Assembly (NCBI GenBank): GCA_963771075.1
Contig: CAVYSE010000028.1
Span: 32,001-96,000 of the forward strand
Length of the DNA stretch: 64,000 nucleotides
Direction: 5' to 3'
Origin: a candidate division FCPU426 bacterium
GTDB lineage: Bacteria; Oederibacteriota; Muellerivitia; Muellerivitales; Muellerivitaceae
Shown: positions 51,729-60,600 of the stretch, one piece after another
Layout of the letters: each line of letters starts with the position of its first letter
Numbering within the stretch: position 1 is the first letter of the stretch
Made by a program: the position numbers and the translations under genes
The notes under the pieces: model-generated
Seen by the model: the letters and a program-made list of their open reading frames with translations, nothing else
Database searches by the model: none
What the model was told of the DNA's origin: nothing

Positions 51729-54530
51729 CTAGTTGGCGTTTTTCCAGAACATGAACAGGTAATCCCGCAGGGCTTCCCGCTGTTTGAGAGAATTTCCACC
51801 AAAATATTGGGGGGCGGGCGAGACATCCTGCGGCCAAAAACCCGGCATACGGGTACCCGGCATAAGGTCATCCGGATTCTTGAGCCATTCCACTACCCAA
51901 TCGGGTTTCAGGCGCTCATGAACTTGGTATAGGTCCGGGGCCGCCGAATTCAAGTCGGGGGGAATCTTGTTTCCTAGGACATGGCATTTTTGACACTGCA
52001 GTTTCGCAAAAAGAGCTTTGGCTTGGACCAGGTCCTGGCCTTTTAAGACCTGGGTGTCAGGGCTCTTGAAGGGAAACACCTGGTCTTCCTTTGAGTTGAA
52101 ATAGGTAATTACGTCGCTGATATCCTCATCCGACCAGTGGAAACTGGGCATCCGGATGTGTAGCCAGGGACGGATCGGGTGTACGTTTAGTAGAAAGTTA
52201 TGGAACCAATCGATTTGAAGCTTGGCCCCTTCCTTGCGCAGATTGGGGGGGGCCAGGGAGAGATCGATGCCTTCGTTCTCGTACATGGCGCGGATTTTAC
52301 CGCCTTGGTCTTCGATCAAATGACAGCCTCTGCAATTGAGCTTGGCAATGACCCTTTTACCCTTTTCCAGCAGTGGTCCGTTGCCGTGGATACCCGCTGT
52401 CATCTCGTCCGGCACATAGGTTTTGGTAAGACCCAGGACGGCCGTGGCGATCGCTTCCCTATCTTCATCCGACAGGTTGAAATTGGGCATTTTTAGCCGG
52501 TCTTGAAAGGCTTGAACCTTGTCCATGTCAAATTGGCGGGGATTGGAAAGTTTGGCGTTAAGGAAATCCTGGTGCGTATGGGCCACATCGGTAAAACCAA
52601 AGTCGATCTGGCTGATCTGTTTGCTTCCCCACTCCGATAGCTCGGTACCGATACCCTGGGCTGTCTCAAAACCCGTGATCATGTGACAGCCGAAGCAACC
52701 ATACTTCACAAGGCTCTTTTGGCCCAGCAAAAGGTCTTTTTCCTCGTCGGTCATGGAGGCGACTTGGGCTTGGGCGGCCTTGGGGCCTGACTGCACCTTT
52801 AAATAATCCACCAGCAAAGAATCTCTCATGGCCGGATCGCTTGAAGGCGGCTCAGCCGCCTCAAAATTCTTATTCTTCTTGGTCATCAGGTAGGCCGTGA
52901 TATCGGAAGCTTCTTGGGCCGAAAGTCTCAATTGAGGCATGCGGGTATCTGGATCATAGTGGTGCGGATTGCGGATCCAGGTATAGACCCAGGAGGAGGA
53001 AAGTTTACTTCCGGCGGCGGATAAATCAGGCGCGAAGATCGCGTGATAACCGGGGATATCGTCCATCCCATGACAGGCCGCGCATCCCACATCGTGGAAT
53101 AGCTTCTTTCCTGCCTTTGCGCTTCCCGGACCGGGAGCCTCATTGGGGGTATATTCACCCGAATGGTCAAAGAGGTAGGTGACAATGGAATTCAATTCAG
53201 CCTTGGTTTTAGCCAACCCTTCCGCGTCGTTGTTGTTGGTTTGCTGGAAATAACTCGGCATTTTGGCGGCCGGATTAAAGGACCTGGGGGACCATACCCA
53301 CTTCAAGACGAATTCCTTTTTGAGCTTTCCCTTGATCTTTAAGAGATTCGGCCCGGCCTTGGGTAAACCTTCTAGGTTTTTCACCTTATGGCAACCCACG
53401 CAACCCCGTACCACCATTAATTCCCGCCCCTTGTCCAGCTTGGGCGCGAAGTTAACATGTTGTTGGGTGTTATGACATTTCAAACAGGCGCCTTCGGCGA
53501 ACTTGAGGGGAAGCATAGGCTCGGCGATACCCTCTGGTTCTTTCCAACCATAACGCGTTTTCCATTTATTGGCTTGTTCCTCGTCATTGGGGGCGTGGGC
53601 GCAGGTGTTGAAATTGACGGCTGCCCCGACCCCACCATGGCATATGGTGCATCCGACCTTGTCCATAGGATGGGGGCTGGTAGATCCTAAATACAGTTCC
53701 AGATGAGGATGGGTGCGAAAAGGCTCGGGAGCGTCCTCATAGCCCTTTTTGTCGATGGCCTGGTGGCAGGTCGTACAACGGTCCACCCGCATCGTTTTGG
53801 CGAAATACATGTCTTCCGGGAGATTATGGAGGACAATTTGGTGGATCTGAATGGTGGGCGACATGAAGTCCAACAACATGGCGTTACGAAAATAAAATAG
53901 GAAGTCGGGCTTGAGGCCGGCCGCCCGTGTTTTGAAAAAGTCAAATTGTTTGCGCAAACCCGCGAGCTTGTCCTTGATCTCGTCCCGTTTAGAGGTCAGG
54001 TCGGTCATCCGTTTGTCAGCATCGGCTCGAGCCTGGCGCAGATCAAGAAGTTTCTGGTTAAGCGCAGAGGCTTTATCCACCAATTGATCGATCTCTTTTT
54101 TCAAGCTTGGATTGTCTTTTCCGGGTTTAAGGTAATGTTCTGAATACTCATATTTCGTCGCGTCAATCTTGGCTTTTGTCACCTGGTACACCATGTTGGT
54201 TTTATATATTTGATTGTCTAGGTCCGCCTGCTGGTTTTGGAGTTGTTCAACGAGATCCTGGCGAGACTGCAGGTCCTTTTCCGCGTCTTTCTTATCAACC
54301 AGAAGCTGTTTGTAAAGGGCCAAGTCGATTTCGCCCTTCGCCTCATTGCGTTTTTCCAGGGCTTTTTGCCGTTCCATTTGCATGAACTGGCGTTGGTATT
54401 TTTTCCAGTCCCGGTGGTAATCGGCATAAGCCATCCAAATTACGGCGATTAACAGACCAATGCTGGACCAAAGAAATACCTTAGTAAGGGTGAGGGTGTT
54501 ATAAACTCGCTCGTCTTTGAAGTCGGCCAA
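51729..54530 (-). CDS. Membrane-anchored octaheme cytochrome c with coiled-coil stalk
   Basis: One TM, a long coiled coil and 8 CxxCH motifs (CTTCH, CTICH, CLKCH, CVGCH, CAACH, CFGCH, CRGCH, CQKCH). Confidence 0.92.
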   Translation of the reverse strand: MADFKDERVYNTLTLTKVFLWSSIGLLIAVIWMAYADYHRDWKKYQRQFMQMERQKALEKRNEAKGEIDLALYKQLLVDKKDAEKDLQSRQDLVEQLQNQQADLDNQIYKTNMVYQVTKAKIDATKYEYSEHYLKPGKDNPSLKKEIDQLVDKASALNQKLLDLRQARADADKRMTDLTSKRDEIKDKLAGLRKQFDFFKTRAAGLKPDFLFYFRNAMLLDFMSPTIQIHQIVLHNLPEDMYFAKTMRVDRCTTCHQAIDKKGYEDAPEPFRTHPHLELYLGSTSPHPMDKVGCTICHGGVGAAVNFNTCAHAPNDEEQANKWKTRYGWKEPEGIAEPMLPLKFAEGACLKCHNTQQHVNFAPKLDKGRELMVVRGCVGCHKVKNLEGLPKAGPNLLKIKGKLKKEFVLKWVWSPRSFNPAAKMPSYFQQTNNNDAEGLAKTKAELNSIVTYLFDHSGEYTPNEAPGPGSAKAGKKLFHDVGCAACHGMDDIPGYHAIFAPDLSAAGSKLSSSWVYTWIRNPHHYDPDTRMPQLRLSAQEASDITAYLMTKKNKNFEAAEPPSSDPAMRDSLLVDYLKVQSGPKAAQAQVASMTDEEKDLLLGQKSLVKYGCFGCHMITGFETAQGIGTELSEWGSKQISQIDFGFTDVAHTHQDFLNAKLSNPRQFDMDKVQAFQDRLKMPNFNLSDEDREAIATAVLGLTKTYVPDEMTAGIHGNGPLLEKGKRVIAKLNCRGCHLIEDQGGKIRAMYENEGIDLSLAPPNLRKEGAKLQIDWFHNFLLNVHPIRPWLHIRMPSFHWSDEDISDVITYFNSKEDQVFPFKSPDTQVLKGQDLVQAKALFAKLQCQKCHVLGNKIPPDLNSAAPDLYQVHERLKPDWVVEWLKNPDDLMPGTRMPGFWPQDVSPAPQYFGGNSLKQREALRDYLFMFWKNAN

Positions 54531-54545
54531 GTCTTTTTCCTTTTC

Positions 54546-55631
54546 TTAAATGTTAAAGAAAAATTCGGGGATCGCCACGATGTATTTCAGGTTCAACACC
54601 CACCGCAAAACCATCTTGATGGGAAGGGCCGCCATCAAGAGGGCCAAGTTAATAAAAATCCCATACCGGACCAAACCTAATTTTTCCAAAAACTCCCGGA
54701 GAATTTTGATGTTTTGGGTCAATAGAGGAGGAAGACCCACGAGATAAAACCCCACTAAAAGAAAACCAGGCAATTCCCGAAGTAACCAAAAAGACGGTAG
54801 GCCTATACCTAGAATTTTGACCCACACATATTCTGAAAGATTTACGTTGTTTAGCACAACGACCTTGTGCGCATCCCAAGCCTCAAATGGGCCAAAGAAA
54901 TTCCATGCCGGACCGCGAAGGAAGGTACCCAAAAAAATCAACGTGACCCACAAAATGAAGAAACCAAAAAGAAAAGGGGTGATCGCCCATTGCCTCTCGG
55001 AAAATGTGTAATACCCCGAACCCTTCGGGTTCTTGTCTATGTATGGAATAGCCATGAGGCCCACGATGATAAGGCTGGGAAAAACCACCCCTGCCAGCCA
55101 AGGATCATAATAAACCAGCATTTCCTGCAAACCTAAAAAGTACCAGGGCGCCTTGGAGGGATTGGGCGTCCATGCGGGAGTGGCCGATTCTTCCAGGGGA
55201 GCGTGTAACACAAGGGACCAGACCAACAATAGAACGCCGCCAATAACAGTTGCGATAAATTCGATATAAACAAGATCAGGCCAGACATAGGTTTTTTTAT
55301 CGGAAGTTTCCTTCTCAACAGGGGGCTGTCCCTGGGCAATACGCCGGTCATTGACCACCGCCTGGCGGAAGGACAGCCAGGTAAAAAACGCCACCGAGAA
55401 AACCATGATAAATATCGGAAAATTATCGGCTTTGGTGGAAATATCCCGGAAATGATCATTGAACATAGAAACCAGCAGTAACGACACGACACCCATAAGC
55501 ATCTTCAAGGCAAATTTTGGTTCGGTCCAGGTTTCACGGTAACGGATCATCGCCCAGAAAGCCATAACGCTCATGAGAAAATACATCCAAGGTTGAAAAA
55601 GAAAATTAGTGAAATCAATTAATAATTGCAT
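54546..55631 (-). CDS. Cytochrome b C-terminal/subunit IV-like protein (extended)
   Basis: 'VWPDLV', 'PNPSKAPWYFLGLQE', 'PYIDKNP', 'GTFLRGPAWNF'. Confidence 0.88.
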   Translation of the reverse strand: MQLLIDFTNFLFQPWMYFLMSVMAFWAMIRYRETWTEPKFALKMLMGVVSLLLVSMFNDHFRDISTKADNFPIFIMVFSVAFFTWLSFRQAVVNDRRIAQGQPPVEKETSDKKTYVWPDLVYIEFIATVIGGVLLLVWSLVLHAPLEESATPAWTPNPSKAPWYFLGLQEMLVYYDPWLAGVVFPSLIIVGLMAIPYIDKNPKGSGYYTFSERQWAITPFLFGFFILWVTLIFLGTFLRGPAWNFFGPFEAWDAHKVVVLNNVNLSEYVWVKILGIGLPSFWLLRELPGFLLVGFYLVGLPPLLTQNIKILREFLEKLGLVRYGIFINLALLMAALPIKMVLRWVLNLKYIVAIPEFFFNI

Positions 55632-55658
55632 GAAGCCTCATTTTAATAACGGGTCTAA

Positions 55659-56489
55659 TCAAAGCGGCCCGGAAATACCGCCGTCCTTACGGACTCGCCA
55701 AAAATGGATGGCCATCAAGGTAGCGGCTACCAGCGGGATAAAAACACAATGGAGGACATAAAATCGAAGTAAAGTAGCTTCCGACACGAAATGCCCACCC
55801 AGAAGGGCAAAATGGATATCGGAACCACCATGCACCAATTTCACCCCGCCGATTTGGATCATGGAAGCTCCCGGACCCTCGTAACCCATAAAGGGGGTTG
55901 CCCGGGCCATATTGGTTCCGACCGTAATGGCCCACATGGCTAATTGGTCCCAAGGCAAAAGATATCCGGTAAAAGATAAAAGAAGAGTCAAAACCAATAA
56001 AAGAACTCCCACCACCCAATTGAATTCACGAGGTGGTTTATAGGAACCCGTCATAAACACCCGGAACATGTGCAGCCAAACGGTAATCACCATGGCATGT
56101 GCACCCCAACGATGCAACTCCCGCATAATACCCAAAGGAACATGCTCGCGCAGGGCGATAATGTCGTAATAAGCGTATTCAGCTGTAGGGCGATAGTAGA
56201 ACATGAGGAGAACCCCACTAACCGTTAATACCAGGAAAAGAAAAAAGGATAACCCTCCCATGCACCAGGTATAGCTCATCTTGATACCCGAATAGCGCGC
56301 CTTCACGGGATGAAGATGGAGGAAAACATTGGAAAGTACCGCCATGATGCGATTACGCGGGGTATCGGGATAACCGTGGCGGAAAATAGATTTCCATACT
56401 TGACCTTGGACAAGCGATTGCTTAATAGCCTCCGGCGAAGGGGCCTGGGTCTTCATTTGATCGATTTTCTTTTTCAACCTATCCAACAT
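55659..56489 (-). CDS. petB: Cytochrome b6-type N-terminal subunit
   Basis: 'WCMGG', 'LHRWGAH', '[19 protein letters not shown]', 'TGYLLPWDQ', 'RFYVLHC', 'GISGPL'. Confidence 0.9.
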   Translation of the reverse strand: MLDRLKKKIDQMKTQAPSPEAIKQSLVQGQVWKSIFRHGYPDTPRNRIMAVLSNVFLHLHPVKARYSGIKMSYTWCMGGLSFFLFLVLTVSGVLLMFYYRPTAEYAYYDIIALREHVPLGIMRELHRWGAHAMVITVWLHMFRVFMTGSYKPPREFNWVVGVLLLVLTLLLSFTGYLLPWDQLAMWAITVGTNMARATPFMGYEGPGASMIQIGGVKLVHGGSDIHFALLGGHFVSEATLLRFYVLHCVFIPLVAATLMAIHFWRVRKDGGISGPL

Positions 56490-56519
56490 TCCATTACCCC
56501 TTTCAATCCCATACCTGCG

Positions 56520-57296
56520 TCAAGCCTTGAATTCAAGGAAAGCCCCTGGTTGGCTCCATTGCCCCAGCTCATATTGATATTTTTGACTTTCATCCACTTG
56601 AATTTGCCCATCATCCGCAAGGGTAATATTAAATCGTTCCAAGGGTCTAGGGGCAGGTCCCTCAAAATTAATGCCACTTAGGTAATATCCGCTTCCATGG
56701 CAGGGGCACTTAAATTTTTGCTCGGATTGAAGCCAATTTGGAGTACAGCCCAAATGGGTGCAAATGGTGGATAATGCGTAAAAACCCAGCTCGTTACGGA
56801 CGATCCAAACTCGATGCTCGTCCTTAAAGCGGTTATCCACTCCAATAGAAAATTGGTCCGGAAAACCCACCTTGAATTTCAAGGGCGGTTCAAAAGTAAC
56901 ATTGGGGAAAAAGAAACGGAGACAGGTGCTTAAAGCTCCCATGGTAGCCGCGGTAAAAGCTATCCAAGCCCAACCTAAAAGGGTGATAAAAGACCGACGT
57001 GTCATGGCGGGGCTTAATAATTCCTCACCCTCGATCGATTCTTTTTCTACTCGAGGTTTAACTTTTCCGGGAATGAATTCGGGAATTGTCTCGTTATTTC
57101 GCAAACCATAACTAATTGTGAAAATTAAAAGTACAATTATGTATAGAAACCAAATTGAGAGTATTCCTAAACCCATTGGGGATAAGGACTTTATAGATTC
57201 CATTATTTCATTGGATGCCATCGCACTTGATGAAATAAAAATAATTAATAGGGAAAGGCAAATAATAAGTTTTCGGTTCAAATTCTGATTCAGCAT
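56520..57296 (-). CDS. petC: Rieske iron-sulfur subunit
   Basis: 'CTHLGC', 'CPCHGSGY', 'GPAPRPL'; internal 'TRRSF' plus TM. Confidence 0.92.
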   Translation of the reverse strand: MLNQNLNRKLIICLSLLIIFISSSAMASNEIMESIKSLSPMGLGILSIWFLYIIVLLIFTISYGLRNNETIPEFIPGKVKPRVEKESIEGEELLSPAMTRRSFITLLGWAWIAFTAATMGALSTCLRFFFPNVTFEPPLKFKVGFPDQFSIGVDNRFKDEHRVWIVRNELGFYALSTICTHLGCTPNWLQSEQKFKCPCHGSGYYLSGINFEGPAPRPLERFNITLADDGQIQVDESQKYQYELGQWSQPGAFLEFKA

Positions 57297-57610
57297 GGAT
57301 CCATGGCTCCCAATGGACTATGGCAAATTAAATAAACGCCATTCAAAAAAAGAGTGGCGATAAACAAAACTTCCTAAAAACATGCGCATTCTAGTCGAGT
57401 ATTTTTTAACGAGTCAAGAAGCGGACCGATTTAATTTGCCATTTAATACACTAATAATCTTTTCTATCCATTCATCAAACCTTCAACATTATTATCGTGA
57501 TAAATATAAGACCATAGGCAAAACCAAAAACCTACTTTCATTAGGTAACTTGCGATTTTAGGGGTCGATGCAATTAACTAGCAAAAACCATAGGAACTAA
57601 TTGTTAAATG

Positions 57611-57640
57611 AAAAAGGCCAACCATACTTGGTTGGCCTTT
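57611..57640 (-). terminator. Terminator after the GH8 gene
   Basis: AAAGGCCAACCA-TACT-TGGTTGGCCTTT perfect stem with a U-tract on the minus strand. Confidence 0.8.
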
Positions 57641-57660
57641 AATTTTTAAAGCAAGATTTT

Positions 57661-60600
57661 TTAACGGAGAACTAGCAGTTTCCCTATGGATCGTCCGCTA
57701 TTGGTAGTCACTACAACGTAATATAGGCCGCTCGCCAAGGGGTTGTTCCAATTATCGACCAAGGATATCTTCGGGTCATTTCCATAGTTCAAGCCATAGG
57801 TGTGATTAAAGACCTTCCGGTAAGCGACCGTATAGATTTCCACGGTCACTGAGTTACCGGTATAAACCGGAGGACGAATTGCCACAGGAGATGTACCATC
57901 AGCGGGATTCGGATACACGACAGGAACCTTCAACGGAACCGGCGTCTGAGTGAATGTCGGCGTAATGGTCCCAGTCGAAGTAACTGTAAAGGTAAAAGTA
58001 GGAGTGGCGGTCACAGTTGTCGTGAAAGTTCCCGTTGGGGTAAAGGTCGGAGTATTTGTAAAAGTATAGGTAAAAGTGTTGGTTGGAGTAGAAGTCGCTT
58101 GTTGGCAATTAACCGTATTGACGTTTAGAGGAAGCCCTACAACTGAAATTAATTGACCGCCGTTATTAGCGCTAGTTCCGGTCAAACCCGTAATTGAAAA
58201 TTGATAGGTTCCCGCCGAGTTGCCAATGTAATTCACCAGCACAACAAGATTTGCGGGCGAGGTAGTCACTAAATAATTATTCAAGCTAATCGTCGCGGTG
58301 TTTCCGGTGAACCCTGTGGCAACTCCCTCTTGTGTTCCATTGATGTATACATCCACGCTGGTAATGTTGGCCGAATTTGCTCCCGAGTTTGTAATCGAAA
58401 GGCTTGTTAAATTGACATCCGAAAGGGGAGAAGTGTTTAGTGTGGCCGAAGCCGCCGTCACACCAGTACTCCCGGTCAAGGTGTTCACGGTAATCGAAGT
58501 TGAAGTCAAATTCACGCTACCAGACGTTGGAGTGGCCGTAGCGGTCTGGGTTGAAGTGGCTGTAAAGGTTTGTGTAATGGTGGCGGTTGAGGTACTAGTC
58601 GAGGTAGAGGTATCCGTAGGCGATAAGGTAGGCTGTTGACAATTAACCGTGTTCCCGCCAATAGGTAAGCCCGTAACTGAAATTTGTTGCCCGCCATTGT
58701 TGGCGCTGGTCCCAGTCAAACCAGTGATCGAGAATTGATAGGTACCCGTTGAACTTCCATTGAAATCAACCAATATTTGAATATTAACGGGTGACGAGGT
58801 AACCAGATAATTACTCAAACTTATTGTATCCGTATTCCCGGTGAAACCTGTCGAGGTTCCTTCTAGTGTTCCATTTACATATACATTTATACCCGTGATA
58901 TTGGATGAACTCGACCCAGTGTTGGTTATCGTTATGTTCGTTAGATTAACGGTTGATAATGGCGAAGTAGTCAGGGTGCCACTTATAGCCGTTACGCTTG
59001 AGCTTCCCGTTAGAACATTAACATTAGAAGAAGAAGTATTCACATTCACTGTCCCTGAAGTGGCTGTCGAGGTAGCCGTCTGAGTTGAAGTTGCGGTGCT
59101 AGTCCATGTCGGTGTAGTGGTTGTTGTAAAAGTTTTGGTGTAGGTAAACACCGGCGAATTCGTGATCGTTGGAGTAACCGTCACGGTACTCGTAAAGGTG
59201 GGGGTAAAGGTATTCGTAAAAGTATTCGTTATTGTTGTTGTGTGTGTTGGGGTGAGACTACTCGTCTGGGTGGGGGTATTGGTGATGGTTGGAGTGTCGG
59301 TTGATGTTGCGGTGCGGGTGGATGTAAAGGTAAAGGTATAAGTGCCCGTATTAGTCTGGGTTGTGGTGGAAGTAAATGAATAGGTGATCGTTGGAGATAA
59401 GGTGACAGTCGGGGAAAGGGTGATGGTCGGGCTAAATGGGAAAGTTGCAGTGGGCGTACCCGTATGGGTGGGTGTTTCGGTAATGGTAAAGGTCGTTGTG
59501 CTCGTCGGGGTTGATGTACGCGTGGAGGTTGTGGTTGAAGTTGCCGTAGAGGTCGATGTTGCCGTCCAGGTATTAGTTACGGTTGGGGTGAAAGTTGCGG
59601 TTGAGGTATGGGTGTGGGTATAGGTCGAGGTGGACGTAACCGTACTAGTTAGTGTATTCGTCGGCGTAAACGAGGCGGTGATGGTCGGAGTAAGGGTCAC
59701 TGTCGGGGATAAGGTGATCGTTGGGCTTAATGGGAATGTGGCCGTTGAGGTGCCTGTTTGGGTCGGGGTTCCCGTAACAGAATTGGTCGAGGTGTTCGTG
59801 GGTGTCAAAGTGCGGGTAGAAGTGGAGGTGAAAGTTGAGGTGCCCGTGAAAGAAGCGGTCGAGGTATGGGTCGACGTAAAGGTCGCTGTTGCAGTCGCCG
59901 TAAAGGTGGATGTTCCCGTTGAAGTACGGGTGGCCGTTGCAGTGGTCGTAAAGGTGGATGTCGGGGATGAAGTTAGCGTTGGGGATAAGGTAATGGTTAA
60001 GGTAAACGGGGATGTTGCGGTGGGTGTTCCCGTGATTGTGGAAGTCATGGTGCGGGTAGCTGTAGTTGTACTAGTAGAAGTCGAGGTGTTAGTTGCCGTA
60101 AAAGTGGGTGTTGGTGTAGCCGTATTCGTGGTGGTCGAAGTTCGGGTCATGGTAACTGTCAGGGTTGAAGTTGGGGATAACGTGTTTGTTGCAGTTGATT
60201 GAATCGTTGCCGTGGAAGTCCCCGTGGGGGTAATCGTGGAAGTCGGGGTAGATGTTTTGGTATAAGTTGAAGAGGGCGAGGCAGTATTGGTTTGGCTGCT
60301 GGTGAAGGTTGGGCTATTGGGGACAGTAGCCGTTATAGTCGAAGTCGTAGTACGACTAGCCGTTGGCGTCGGGGTGTAGGTATTGGTGGTTCCCGATGTT
60401 TGAGTAGCCGTGATAGTAGGAGTACGAGTAAGTGTGCTCGTATTTCCCGGGGTGGCAGAATTGACAAAAGTCGCGGTAGCAGGTGGGGTAGCGGTCGGAA
60501 CAACAATAACGGTTTGGGTTTGAGTCGGGTTGACATAGGTGATACAAACTTGGTCAACCCAGAAGCCAAAAGTCGCAGGACCCGTCGCGGCGTTTTCACA

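Noticed and set aside
59060..60520. CRISPR array or DNA tandem repeat, and Val-rich plus-strand ORFs
   Set aside because: The periodicity is at the protein level (Thr codons). There are no identical repeats with spacers, and the Val-rich ORFs are the antisense of poly-Thr.
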